DNA of 64,000 nucleotides from Azolla caroliniana (GCA_043228905.1 JBHGNT010000007.1:19468001-19532000), one strand, 5' to 3'; counted from the stretch's first letter, positions 1-13,429 are shown. Program-made: numbers and translations. The notes: generated by a model not told the origin, from the letters alone.

Positions 1-3000
1 AAATTCTTTGAGAAGGAGCCTCAACAATATCTCCCACCTCTTTGACCCCCAAACGAAACAAACGATTAAATTGAGAATGCAATCTCTCCTTTCCTGGCCA
101 ACATAATAACCGAGAAGACACAAGTAACTCTTTTTGCAAAGAATTACAATGCTCTCTTCTAGATGATGGTTTCCATACACATAACAAGAGTGCTTCTTGC
201 CATGAGGTAACCAAGTGTTGAACACATGTAGAGCCTGGAATCCTAAGTGAAATACATCCATTCAGTAATTGCCACCATGAAGACTTAATTGTTGTCCTCC
301 CATGTGTTAAACCCTTATTCTCAATGAAATATTGAACAATAGATATCCATGGTTGTGGGTTTGAACACATGTCTTGTAATAATGAAAATCTACAAGCCAT
401 CATATGCTTAGATAAGTTCAATATTCCAACTCCCCCCAAGCGCTTAGGAGTTGCTAGATGATTCCATGCAACCCAATTGATTCCCATCTTATCCCTCTTC
501 TTCCATAACAAATATCGAAGAGGTTGCAAAATAGAATGCAAAGCCTTCTTTGTCCATGGCAGCAATGACAAGTAATATAATATCATAGGTTCCATAATAC
601 ATTGTACAACCTTCAAACGTACATGAAATGGCCAAGATTGTGATTTCCAATACATGAACTTATCCCTCAACTTACTAGACATCCATTCAATCAATTGACC
701 ATTTGTAACATTCATTCCTAATGGATAGCCCAAGTGTCGAAAAATAGAGCCTTTCTTCACCACAGATCCTTGCCATCCTAGATATTCCAAATCCCTTTCA
801 GTACATGATATGAGACTAGACTACCTCCAATTAATATGTAATCTAGAAGCCAATGCAAATTGGTTCCATACAAGCATCCCCTTCTCAAGATTCTCTTGTG
901 AGGCTTGTAGAAACATGAAAGAAAAATTAGTAAAAGCTTGTGCAACTAGTTGCCCTCCAGCCGGAAGGTGTAAACCAACAATATCACCATTTGTTGCAAG
1001 CTTGGATAGCATCACTAACAAGGGATGAGTAACAATAGCAAACAACAATGGGCTAATAGGGCATCCTTGACGAACGGATCTTATAAGGGAAATATCTGAT
1101 GTAACTCCCCCATTAAGCATGACTCGAGACGCCAGATCTTGTCCTAATAAAAATATCAGGCGAGACATACGAGGTTCAAAGCCCATTGTATGCATTAACC
1201 CAGAAACAAAGGACCAATTAACATGATCATAAGCTTTCTCCAAATCTAATTGCACCATAATCAATTCTTGATGAGTGTTTCGAGCATAATCCATGGCCAT
1301 TTGAACAATCAACACATTATGCAATATATTCCTACTTGCAATAAAACCATATTGGGTGGGATGTATCAACTAAATTGGCAAATACTTTTGTAATCTATTT
1401 GCAAAGACCTTTGTAAATATCTTATACAACCCCCCAATCATAGAAATAGGTCTCCATTGATGAAACAACTCTGGAGATACCACCTTTGGAACTAATTTAA
1501 TTAGACCAACCTTCCAAGCTTGAGGCATACGACCAGAATCCCAAGAATGTTGAAACATCAAAGTTAAGGGCCCCTTTAAAATGTTCAAATATCACTTAAA
1601 ATTTTCATTTGTCAAGTCATCCCAACCAGGGCTCTTACCACTAGGAATATGTCTTAAAACTGTGTCCATCTCATCCTCAATGAAATCCGCATCCAATTCT
1701 TGACTAATGAGGTCATGCACAATACATCCGACCACATCATAAAACTCATGACGTGCTCTACTCACCTCATTTGTCATTAACAATTGTGGGCCTACTCCTT
1801 AAAGTAATGAACACATATGTCAATTATTGTAGTAGAATCCAATATCTACTCAAGTCGTTGTAGTATAGTGGTAAGTATTCCCGCCTGTCATGCAGGTGAC
1901 CCGGGTTCGATCCCCGACAATGGCGATGTTATATTATGGAAGATAAAAAATTCTAATCCTAATTCTAATGTACCACATTAGATCGAGTATAAGTAGGATG
2001 TAACTCTTGGAAAAACAAATGAGATTGACATTGATTATCTATGAACCCATCCCTCAATTGTCACATCTTCGCATAACGATAGCTTTGGCATTGCAACTGA
2101 GAAATAATAACATGCAATTGACTTTGGATAATATCCAAAAGTTCCTCATCTAATGGTGCATGTATCAATAATGCATTACACCTAGAGAGAACTTGTGAAT
2201 TGTAGAAGAAGTCCTCTTCTTCGTTGAGCATTAGTTACTCCATACATGCGATGAATGATCTTAATATTTCATAACGTGATATCCCATACTTTAACTCCTT
2301 TAAGATTCATTTCTTGTGAAAAATTTACCAAAATTTGCTCCATGAGAGAATCAAAGTGAGGTTGAAGCAAAAGAGAAGAGTTAAAGCGTAATGGAGGCTT
2401 TCCAAGTAAGGATTTATACATGTCAATTGCATGATCACAAACCTCCAAACAAATAGGAAAGTGATCTTAAGTTCCTACATCTTGTAAAACTGCCATACGA
2501 AGTGATGTCAGTAAAAAAGAATCATTGTGCATCACATACATTCTATCTAATCGACTCCATGTTTGTCTATGTTGAGTAGATTGGAAAGTAAAACCTGAAT
2601 CATTCCCATGTAATCATGTCCAAACATCCAACTTCAGAACCTCCATAGCCAATGAATCCCAAGCAAGTTGCTTAGGATCATCCATGATTGAATGTTCAAA
2701 CGTAGATTGAGATGCATCAACACACATGTTAAAATCACCCATAAGTAATCCTGGACGGCCAACACATAGGGTTTTACGGAATGAGCCCCATAATGCAATA
2801 CATTGAGTGGCTTGGTTAGGGGCATAAATCCCAACCACCCACACAACCTCCCCAAAAAACGTGATTTCTAGAACCAAAAACCGACCATAAGGATCATTAT
2901 GCACCACTTCAGAATAATATTGATCACGCATGATTAGTACCACACTTGAATAATGATTATTAAGATGTCATGCATAGAATGATGAATATCCACGCAAATG

Positions 3001-3060
3001 AACTATGGATCCTGCCAACTCATGACACTTATGCTCAACTACACATAGTACATCCCCTTA
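1..3060 (-). pseudogene. L1-type LINE ORF2 remnant (AP endonuclease + reverse transcriptase), many stops and frameshifts
   Basis: Minus-strand ORF pieces: endonuclease motifs (GRFLVL, VGIYAPN, LMGDFN; 2614-2943) and RT motifs (KSPGWD, WRPIS, QYGFI, DLEKAYDHV, VRQGCPISPLLF; 821-1783). Continues beyond the window start. Confidence 0.9.
1854..1925 (+). tRNA. tRNA-Asp(GTC)-like gene, probably a pseudogene
   Basis: 72 nt: GTCGTTGTAGTATAGTGGTAAGTATTCCCGCCTGTCATGCAGGTGACCCGGGTTCGATCCCCGACAATGGCG. Matches the plant cytosolic tRNA-Asp consensus (recalled) with about 4 transitions, giving C-A mispairs in the anticodon and T stems. No oligo-T terminator directly downstream. Confidence 0.85.
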
Positions 3061-4020
3061 TCCCTAAATTGAAGGTGAAGGGGTAATCCCTTATCCCTAA
3101 ATTGTCTTTGCCAAGGAACTTTTCGAGGACCCTCCCGAGTTCTTGAATTACTTTTCCAAATAGTCTCGCGAGTAGTGGACAGACTATTACGTTGCATATT
3201 CATTGATTTGCCCTTTGACTTGCTCTTAACCTAATGCCAATCCTTTTCAACAACAACATCACTACTAGTTCTATCCAATGGTTTTCCCCCCTTATCTATA
3301 ACCACCAAATTTGGTTTTTCCATATCCATAGATTGAGTTTCCTTATTCTTAGGGCTCGAACCTTGAAGTGATACCTCTTTATAACCTGCTCTAGATGATG
3401 TTCCTTCATCCATAACAACCACCATATCTGACACACCAACATGTCTCCCAACTCCTTTACCATTCCCTTCATTAGGAACCTCTATAGTTAAAGGACAATG
3501 ACGATTGCATTCCACCATAAAGTGACCCATTCATCACATCCAAAATGTCTCCCACTTCAATTTAAAACAAAGTTTTTTCATTCAAGGTGTGTTCATACGC
3601 ACCCATCCTGGCCTCTTACGACTTGTATCCCATAACACACAAAATCTGCACTTATTTGTAGCATTTGCATGTGGAGACACCAACACTTTACCATTTGACT
3701 CATCAACTCTGGTAAAAGTTGCCATAAAAAAGCATGCTTACAATCCACTGTTACCCCAACAAGACATTCTTGTTTCAACAAAGCATGATAGTCCACAACG
3801 GGGGACCATTGCATTACATGCACCAATCGTTTATCAAAAAACATTGGAACTTAAGCCAACAATGCACTTTGATGTTCTGGTGAACGAAACACTACATTAT
3901 AAAACCCTCGTGGTCCTGCATATATATTTTCAACACAATTTGGTGACACGATTGTGTTCAACCATTATTTAATCCAATTAATGTATGGGAGTTTCCCAGT
4001 AAAAAACAATATAACCGCAC

Positions 4021-4405
4021 TGTTGAGAGACAAGCTCAACATCGGCCGGATCGGCTGAAGAAGCCGAGGACCGGATCGGTTGGGACCGATCGGTTAGGCC
4101 GTTAGGAAAGATATTCCGTGAGAAATATATTTGGGAATTAGTGTAAGAGCTCTTAATGAGCATTGAAGTACTGTCAGTACTTCGGTCAGTCCTCTTAGGA
4201 CTTGTACAAAGTGTTCATTGAACACATATATGTTTGTTGTTGTTTTTTTCTTTAGAAAAATATACACACATTCTTTTTTGGTGTCTTCTCTCTCACTCTC
4301 TCGGTCTCTCCCGCGTATACTGTGTAAGCTCAAGCTCTCCATTAAACCTGAGTGTTCTTCCTTTTGTTCTGTCTTTATACTTGCTTCCGCACGCTACTTT
4401 CTACA
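4021..4405 (+). repeat. Copia-1 5' LTR
   Basis: TGTTGAG...CTACA, direct repeat of 9304-9688. Confidence 0.96.
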
Positions 4406-4416
4406 TGGTATCAGAG
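4406..4416 (+). promoter_or_regulatory. Primer binding site, tRNA-iMet
   Basis: TGGTATCAGAG immediately after the LTR end. Confidence 0.92.
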
Positions 4417-4468
4417 TGCGAGGGTTGAGAACCTCTCTGCAGCCGACACAGCTTGACGAAGAAGAACG

Positions 4469-7400
4469 ATGGATAGAGGCATGGCGAGCTCGCTTCCAAC
4501 AGAGAAGCTCGACAGAACCAACTACGCGTCTTGGTCCTACAAGATGCACCAGTACCTGCTCGGGCACGGCTACTGGAGTTATGTCGAAGGAGCTAATGAC
4601 GCGGCACCCGAATCGACACACAGAGACTTCCCGTCATGGGAGCTATCGGCGAGCAGGGTATTATACTGCTTCACGTCGTGTGTGGGCGAACAGCTATTGA
4701 GCTATGTTCGGGATGCAAAGACACCGAAGGGTGCGTGGGAAAATCTGAAGAAGATTTTAGCTGCGAGCACCACAGCCAGGAAGCTTCAGCTCTGACAGGA
4801 GTTGAGCAACCTACGACAACGCGACTTGTCGGTGGCGGACTATACCTCGAAGATCAAGGATATCTGCGACTCCCTCGCCTCCATACAGGTGAACATCGAG
4901 GAGAGCGAGATGGTCCAGATCTGTCTTGGAGGTTTGGCGTCGAAGTTCGGAGCGTTCCGAACGGCTGTGTGTACCCGGGAGAATACGCCGTCCTTTTTTG
5001 ACTTACAGTCAATGCTCCTGGTAGAGGAGAACCACGCGGGTGCGTCTACAAGCACGCACACCGACAGCAGAATGCTGTACACGGAGGGAGATAGGCCTCG
5101 TGGACGTGGAGGACGAGGCGAGTCGGCGCGCAATGGAGGTGGCCGACGAGATCAAGGAAGAAGGCACCAAACTGATGCCGACAGCAACTCCGGACCCTCC
5201 GGAAACAGGGGGAGTCGAAGCGATGAGAACCGGCAAGGGAAGGCCATCGCGGAGTGTTGGTACTGTGGCAAGAAAGGCCACAGGGAAAGTGAGTGCTGGA
5301 AGAAGCGCGCCGATTCGGAGAGAACCGGTTCCGGAAACGGCTCCAGACATACCGACAAGGGAGATCGGCAGCGATCGCACTACGTCGAAGACTCCGGGAG
5401 AGCCGGAGAAGGGTCTGCCTTCGTGACGAGACACGAAGCAAACTCAATGAAACAGAGCACCCCGAGATTGGACGAGGTGTGGTATGTAGACTCCGGCACG
5501 TCAAACCACATGACGAGCCATAAGGAGTGGTTCTCGTACCTTGAAAAACCGATACAACCTGGAGTAGTCGCAACAGGAGACGACACTCCGCATCCGATCG
5601 CGAATGTCGGAGAAGTTCCCCTTAGCCATGTCGGGCAGAAAGGGAAACTCATGAACGTGCTGCACGTCTTGACAATCACGAAAAACTTGGTCTCGGTCGG
5701 ACAGATCGTCGACCAAGGGATGGAGGTTCGGTTTACACACCTTGGGTGCTTCATTGAGGAAGAAGGCCGTGTGATTGCGCAAGGGCGCAGAGACGGGAGG
5801 ATGTTCATCCTCGACTCCACTGACGGCGGCACCGCAATGTTCGCGAAGGGACAAAAAACCAAGTCGGACATCGACTTGTGGCACAAGCGGATAGGCCATG
5901 TCAACCACCAACGGCTTCAAGATCTGCAATGGAAACAGGTAGTGTTCGGATTGCCCAAATTTAGTGGCCGAAAGGCACAAATTTGTGAAGCCTGCTAGCT
6001 CGGGAAGCAACACCGACTTCCTTTCCCAAATGAACGAAACCGGAGCCGGAACAAGCTCGACCTTATACACTCCGATGTATGGGGGCCGGCACAAAACGTT
6101 AGTCTTGGCGGGAGCCGGTATTTCGTCTCATTCATCGACGACCACACGCGGCACACGTGGATCTACCTCATTGAGAGGAAGAGCGAAGTCTTCGACTATT
6201 TCTGGGACCTCAAAGGGTTCGTGGAAACGGAAACGGGACGAAAGATCAAGTGTCTGCGGTCGGATGGCGTGAAAGAGTACTTTTCCAGTCAATTCAACGG
6301 TTATCTACAACAAATGGGAATTCGCCGCGAATTTAGTTGTAGATACACGCCGGAGCAGAACGGCGTGGCAGAGAGAAAGAATCGGTCAGTTGTGGAAGCG
6401 GCACGGGCAATGCTGGAGGAGAAGAGCTTGCCCAAGTTCTACTGGGCCAAGGCGGTAAGGACCGCGGTATACATCCAGAACCGGATTGGAGACAAGGTGT
6501 CGGCGCACGAGCTATACGTCGGAACGAAGCCGAACTTATGACACTTGAGGGTGTTCGGTAGCATTGCGTATGTGCATATACCGAAGGAGAAAAGGAGGAA
6601 GCTGGACGCAAAGGCCGAGAAATGCATCTTGGTCGGTTACTCGAACGAGCAGAAGGGTTATAAGTGCTATATCCCTCGCACCAAACAAGTGCGTGTTAGC
6701 CGCGACGTTGTATTTGACGAGTCCGCGTCCTGGTACCTGCCCCCGACTACGAACCCCGACTCCAATCCGAGCTCTGACGATGAGGTCAGCGAGGCCGAGA
6801 TGCCTCCGGATGAGCCCGAAATCGAGACCCGCGAAGAGAGTCCGATTTCACTCCGGTTAAGTGGACCGATTGGACGGTTGAGTCGGTATGACCAGTCCGA
6901 TAAAGAGTCGGCGAGTAGTGGAGACTCGGCCGTGCATTCCCCACACAGGAAGCCGAGGAGACGGCTTACACGCAAAGAGAAAGGGAAGAAGAAGGTGTCT
7001 GATTCCGGCACAGATAGGAACGAGTCAGACCGACGCGAGTCCGACTCAGAGGGAACCGATGACGGGTCTTTAAAAGTGAAGTCCGCGTCGATCGAGAAGG
7101 CCTCGACATCGGCTAATCCGAGATTACGCCGATCTACCTGCCAGAAGAATCCTGTTTTGCGGTTCAGATACAACGAGTACATGGCGCATCATTATGCGTA
7201 CATGACCCGTGTAGCGGAAGTGCGTGAGCCGGAGAGCTACGCAGAAGCGACTAAAGACGCGAATTGGCGTGCCGCAATGGAGGAAGAGATGCACGCATTG
7301 GCGGAGAACGAGACCTGGGACCTGGTTGACGCACCAAGAGGGGTAAAACCGATCGGGTGTAGGTGGGTGTACAAAGTCAAGTACAACACCGATGGCTCGG

Positions 7401-9016
7401 TCAACCGGTACAAGGCTCGGCTAGTGGCAAAGGGCTACGCGTAGAAGCACGGCATCGACTACGATGAGACATTTGCGCCGGTCGCGAAAATGACGACCGT
7501 CCGTATTTTGCTCACAGTAGCCGCGGCCAAGGGGTGGCACCTACATCAAATGGATGTAAAGAATGCGTTCCTGCAAGGTGACCTTGAGGAACAAGTGTAC
7601 ATGGTACAGCCCCCCGGATTTCCCTCCGGAACAAACTCCTCGACAGTATGCCGACTGAAGAAGTCCCTTTACGGATTGAAGCAAGCCCCGCGTGCCTGGA
7701 ACGCGAAGATCACGCAACAACTGCGTCAGATGGGCTTTGTCACGTCAAAATTGGACTCTTCCCTGTTCATCCGGAAAGGTCGACTCGGACCAGTTAGTAT
7801 TCTACTATATGTCGATGACTTGGTCATCACCGGCGCCGACCTAGGCGAAATCGACCGCGTGAAGCTCCAGCTTGCGGCATCGTTCGACATGAAGGATCTG
7901 GGGGACCTTCATTACTTCCTCGGGATCGAAGTGATCCGTACCCCCAAAGGCATATTGATCAGCCAACGTCATTACGTGCTGGGTATGCTCTTCAAACTCG
8001 GGATGGCCGACTGTAAGTCCGTCTCGACTCCTCTGGACAGAACCATCAAGCTTCATCCCGATACGGGAGAGGTATGCGACCCGACGAGGTTCCAACAAAT
8101 TGTCGGAAGCCTCATATACTTGACCATCACCCGACCCGACCTCAGTTATCCGGTCGGGGTGATCAATCAGTTCATGGCGCGACCTACCCAGGAGCACCTT
8201 CAGTGTGCGCAACGCGTACTGCGGTACATAAGTGGCACTAAGGACCGAGGACTGCTATATCAGACCGGTGCAGCCGCGCAGTTAGTCGGCTACACCGATG
8301 CTGATTGGGCTGGCAACGCCGCCGATCGCCGATCCACGTCCGGATACGCGTTCTCCCTCGGGAGTGCCGCGATCGCGTGGAGTAGTAAGAAGCAGCCGAC
8401 AGTTGCATTGTCGAGCACCGAAGCTGAGTACCGAGGAGCGGCTGTCGCGACATGCGAAGCCATATGGTTGAAGTGGCTACTTAAGGACTTGCAAGCGGAG
8501 GTGTCAGATCCGACGACGATCTACTGCGACAACCTCAGCAGCATCCAGCTCGCGAAGAACCCCGTTTTCCACACATGGACCAAGCACATTGAGGTGCACT
8601 ACCATTTCATCCGTGAGCGTGTCCTTTCCGGTGAAGTCGAACTTCAGTACATGCCGACGGATCGGCAGACTGCCAACATCTTCACAAAACCTCTTGGTCT
8701 GGACAAGTTGCGGCAATTCTCAGGTGTGCTCGGGTTGCGTCACCTTGATGTGCCGAACTTGAGGGGGAGAACAGTCCCGAACGACCAAGCAAGGCAGCAG
8801 GAAAGGAGCGGAGACCACGACACCGAGTCGGTTGTCCGTAACACCGAGTCGGTTGACGAGTTTGACTTCGGATCGGCTGAAGAAGCCGAGGGCGGACCCG
8901 CGGAAAAGTCCGGAAGCGGACAGAAGGGGAGCAGCCGAAGGAGAGAGCCGAAGCCAACCACGCATGGGGAGATGACGCCATCGAGGGTGAGAAGACTGAA
9001 GACAAGTTGGAGATAG
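4469..9016 (+). pseudogene. Copia-1 gag-pol polyprotein with in-frame stops at 4793, 5996, 6539 and 7442
   Basis: Same frame throughout: CWYCGKKGHRESEC zinc knuckle, WYVDSGTSNHMT protease, LWHKRIGH, LRSDG and EQNGVAERKNR integrase, YKARLVAKG and LYVDD RT, YTDADWAG and TKHIEVHYHF RNase H. Confidence 0.93.
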
Positions 9017-9303
9017 CCAACTCGGACGAGAGCGAAAACCGATCGGAGGTAGCCGAGTCGATTCGGATGTTTGATTCAGACACGTTGAATCAACTAAGGC
9101 CCAAGCGGAAGAAAAGGCAGAAGAAGAAGTGTCGACGCCGCAACAGTAGAAGAGCTGATAAGGGCCACATGAGTAGACAAGCCGACCGGAAGGGTCGAAG
9201 CGCGCGGAGTCGAACAGGTCGAGGAGCGCGAGCGAGGCGTGAAGCCAAGAGGAACCGGAGCTGTGAAGATCCCAAAGAGCCTCAAGTTGAGCTTGAGGGG
9301 GAG

Positions 9304-9688
9304 TGTTGAGAGACAAGCTCAACATCGGCCGGATCGGCTGAAGAAGCCGAGGACCGGATCGGTTGGGACCGATCGGTTAGGCCGTTAGGAAAGATATTCC
9401 ATGAGGAATAGATTTGGGAATTAGTGTAAGAGCTCTTAATGAGAATTGAAGTACTGTCAGTACTTCGGTCAGCCCTCCTAGGACTTGTACAAAGTGTTCA
9501 TTGAACACATATATGTTTGTTGTTGTTTTTTTCTTTAGAAAAATATACACACATTCTTTTTTGGTGTCTTCTCTCTCACTCTCTCGGTCTCTCCCACGTA
9601 TACTGTGTAAGCTCAAGCTCTCCATTAAACCTGAGTGTTCTTCCTTCTGTTCTGTCTTTATACTTGCTTCCGCACACTACTTTCTACA
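9304..9688 (+). repeat. Copia-1 3' LTR
   Basis: Preceded by a PPT and followed by TSD CGCAC. Confidence 0.96.
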
Positions 9689-10389
9689 CGCACAATCATG
9701 GAATACATCAAAAGATTGCAACAATATCTTAGCATCAACTTCCACATCATGCACATCCTCATCATTGCATTCTTTCACTGCATTTTCGTTTTCTTCCACA
9801 AGATCAGACAACAAGGTATTGGCCCCATAAATTATCCCAATTACAATTATCCTTGTCAACCTCATTTACATGTATTACTTCGGCATATGTTGCTTTTTTC
9901 TCATTAATTTCCTCTATGCCCTTAAACCTCTTAGAGCTTCCAATGTCTTCCCTTTCATGATTACATTCAACCATCACATTATTCTTTTTTGGATCAATTG
10001 TTTCCATATTGATGTCCCCCACAATTTGAGAGGAATTCATGTTTATATCCATTATTCTTGATGTGATAGTGATCTGGGATAAAAACAATTTTCCATGAAC
10101 AAGAAAGACAACCGGAACTCACCCGATTGAAGAGGTTGACGATGATGAATACAATAGAAGACCCGCAATTTGTGTTGAGTATATGGATGCCAACAACACA
10201 AGATTCCTTATTTTAATCGTTGCTTCTCGCATAGACCACCAAATTAACTTGCTAATCGAGAGCTTTCTAACGCATGTCTTTATGCTCAATTCCGTTATCG
10301 ATAGAGATTGCAACAATAAAAACAATTTCGCTTCTTCTTCCCCTCTCAACTCTTGCTTTTCTCTCTCTCTCTCTCTCTCTCTTTCGTAA

Positions 10390-11680
10390 ATAATGACTTT
10401 CATTACGAAAGAAAATACACCACCATGACGAACTTACTACAAAGTATAGAACCCCTTCTATCTAAGGATCTAAAGAATACTACGACACCAAACTTAATGC
10501 CACCCTACACACCAATTCAAATGGTGTATATGATGATATGTGACCTTGCAAAGTTCTCTCTCTTACTGATTGAGATTTCGTGACTTCTCTAGCACTGTCA
10601 ATTGCCACCAAAGAAGTCCCTTTTACTTTAGAACATATTTTCTCACCCCAACTTGCGAATAAAAAATGAAGGCATTCGGCATATTCCAATTGAACCATAG
10701 CCCCCAATACCTCAAGAACTCAAAAATAATTTTTAAATGAGGAATTGGTTCATTGTTCTCCATATGTGCACAAACCCAATAGAAGGAAGATAGACTTACT
10801 CCGATTAGAGACATCCACACTAAACGGATACACCTCCAAACCATCCTTGCCATCGGGCATTAAATAAATTGATGCCTACTATGTTCCAATTCCACCGAAC
10901 AAAAGAAACACAATCCTTTAGTAATGTTTCTTTTTTTTAATGCATCCCCCAATGGTAAAGCTCCAATCATAACTCTCCAAATAAATACCTTGGCTCGTAA
11001 CATCAATCAAGAACACCAACCTGCCTTGATCACATGAAGCCACCAAGTAATGGGCTTATGAAACCCCCATATCTGTATAACCCTTTCTTTCAACCACTTA
11101 TGTTTGTCAATCAACTTGTGATAAGCAACATTTGTTGAGATCATAGTCAATCTCTTATTTCCAACAAACCTTCAATCAAGCTCTTGAAATCGCCCATCTA
11201 AATCAGGAATTCACTCATATGAAGATAGTATTTGTTGCAACATATCCCAAATAAAGGTATAACCTATTGGAATACGAAACGTTGATCTTATTGTTCGAAA
11301 ATCCATTAATCTTCTTTGTGACACCAACATAGCATCTTTAATTGTTACTAAACCCAATCTAGCCATCTGATTAAATTGAAGGTTAAAAATTTGTTTACCT
11401 TCCCACCTCAACAATCTTGATGTCGCCAAAACCTCCATTTGTAATGAATTGGCACATCCCCTTTCTTGTGGGGGATGCCATTCCACAAAATGCAACATAC
11501 TTTGCCATGATGTCAACAAATGATTAACTATCATAGACCCTGCACATTTGACATCCCTATTAGAATTAATTAAATTCCACCAATTCGCTTAAACCTTCAT
11601 GTTTCCAAGCTTTATTCCGTTCTTCTCTATAAAGTATGCCAACATTTCTGTCTAAGGTTGTACACCTTCAAACATAAATC
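10390..11680 (-). mobile_element. 3' fragment of a second L1-type LINE (zf-RVT region)
   Basis: Degenerate minus-strand reading with a AKVFIWR..IGALP..G-like segment, C.FC..E...H..I.CP and ARMVW, typical of the zinc-binding region after RT. Bounded by (CT)n tracts. Confidence 0.65.
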
Positions 11681-11685
11681 GAATG

Positions 11686-11688
<3 letters not shown>

Positions 11689-11745
<57 letters not shown>
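11689..11745. repeat. (CT)n microsatellite
   Basis: About 28 CT units. Confidence 0.97.
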
Positions 11746-11747
<2 letters not shown>

Positions 11748-12845
11748 GTACAACAATGAGCCACTTGAATGTGTGGAAAGCTTCAAATATCTTGGCCTTG
11801 AAGTTCCTTCAAATCATAGATGGAATGAATGTGCTATATGCCACTTAGAGGCGGGCAAGCGAGCATACTATGCATTTGAGAACACATGCAATTTTGGAGA
11901 TATTAAGTGTTGGGTCCTCAAGAAATATCTTTTCGACACTTTGGTGACACCCCTAAATCTATGTGGAAAGAGTTTGAAAATGTCCAAAAGCATTTTCTTA
12001 CCAAGTTTCTACAAGTTAAGAAACAAACACCCTACACCCTCCTCCTCCTTGAGATGGGATCGCTTCCCATTGAGATCATGGCCATGGAAAGGGTTGTTGA
12101 ATACATGCTTAAGGTTCAAAAAAGTCCCTCACATTGACTTCTTAGAATTGCGTGGGAATCAAGCAAAAAGATCCAAAAGACGCATCAAAGCAAAATTTTG
12201 TGTTCTGGTTGGATGCAAGATATAGAAAAATGGCTTGGTAGATGGGATGCGAGACACTTGCTTCATGATGCATCATTAGATTCCTTTGTAAATGGGGCAT
12301 TTTTGCAACGCCAATGTATCATGACATGGGACAAATGTGGAGGCTCACGCTTCACACATTATACTACACATGTTGTACCTAACTACAAAACCATATTCTT
12401 TGCGGAACGGGGAAATCATACACATCCATACATGTTAGAGCCCATACCGTTATCTGCCATTCGAACCATTGATTCCATGCGACTTAGCTCACATGCATTG
12501 CGATGTGAAACAGGGCGTTGGGGTACAAGTAATGAGAGTGGTCGGCTATGCACACTTTGCCCTAAACAAGTTCGCGAGTCTGAGTATCACACTTTGATAC
12601 AATGCTCTGCCTTTGATCATATTCGACCATGCTTTCCACATCTCTTCGATCGAGCCCAATCTTTGCATGAATTCCTCTCACAACCACAATGTGCACTCTC
12701 GATTGCAACATTCATTGGTAAAGTTCTTGAACATCGAGAGTCACTACTCACTTTCACACGTATCACGTGAAATGTAATATTTTTTGTCTCATAGGTCATA
12801 TTGACCTCCAAAGACGATAATATTATCTATCTATCTATCTATCTC
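11746..12845 (+). mobile_element. 5'-truncated RTE-like LINE ending in a (TATC)n tail
   Basis: NNEPLECVESFKYLG (RT thumb) and RLSSHALRCETGRW...RLCTLC...ESEYHTLIQC (C-terminal Cys/His motif). Stop at 12770, then a short UTR and (TATC)n repeats at ~12824-12845. Confidence 0.8.
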
Positions 12846-13429
12846 TCAAACTCACATTATTGATTAATCTTGTGTATTAGAAATAAGCTCTTTGGGGGGT
12901 GTGGAACGAATAATCATAAGACGAGTTCCCTATAGGTACTATCACTATGATTTATCTGGTAATTGACAATGGTTTGGTTTCAACCAAATTTTAACCATGG
13001 AATTATTTGGTTTGAGCCAAAGCTAGAGAAATAGTTTGGTTTGCATTAACTTCCAAAATGGGAAAACAATTTGGTTTGGCTTTAAGGGATAACAATTCAA
13101 TTTGAAATCGTAATGTTTTAATGATTTGCGAGTTATTAAGTTTGAAATCACGGCTTAAATTGTCGTTCTATGTCGAGGGTATATTGATTAAGATATAGAT
13201 GTGGACAAGATTGCTATGAAGTTAAACAATTTATGGGTTTCAAAAAAAATAGTCAACTCCTTCATCTCTTTCTACGATTGAATTGTGTTTGTAAGTGTGA
13301 CGAGTGACACTATTTTTCGTTGGGCGCGGACTCCTACCATCAATTTGATCTCTAGAGAGAAAAGTGGTATAAAGGGCTGGGCTTTAAGTTTCAATTTATT
13401 TTAAACGGTTCAAGTGTTTGAGGCTAGTG

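Larger units (their letters stand above)
4021..9688 (+). mobile_element. Full-length Ty1/Copia LTR retrotransposon (Copia-1), recently inactivated
   Basis: 385-bp LTRs TG...CA at 4021-4405 and 9304-9688 (~9 mismatches by eye). TSD CGCAC at 4016-4020 and 9689-9693. PBS TGGTATCAGAG at 4406. PPT GAGGGGGAG before 9304. Domain order gag-PR-INT-RT-RH. Confidence 0.97.
3100..10090 (-). pseudogene. LINE ORF1 (DUF4283/zinc-knuckle type), split by the Copia insertion at 4021-9688
   Basis: The minus-strand reading ...LLQSFDVFHDCA (9689+) continues as VILFFTGKLPYINW (below 4020) across the TSD. Also FFDKRLVHVMQWSP and GHFMVEC (zinc knuckle) motifs. Confidence 0.75.

Noticed and set aside
4800-9330. Numerous antisense and alternate-frame ORFs over Copia-1 (likewise Gypsy-1 and Copia-2)
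   Set aside because: They are shadows of GC-rich gag-pol and carry no independent motifs.
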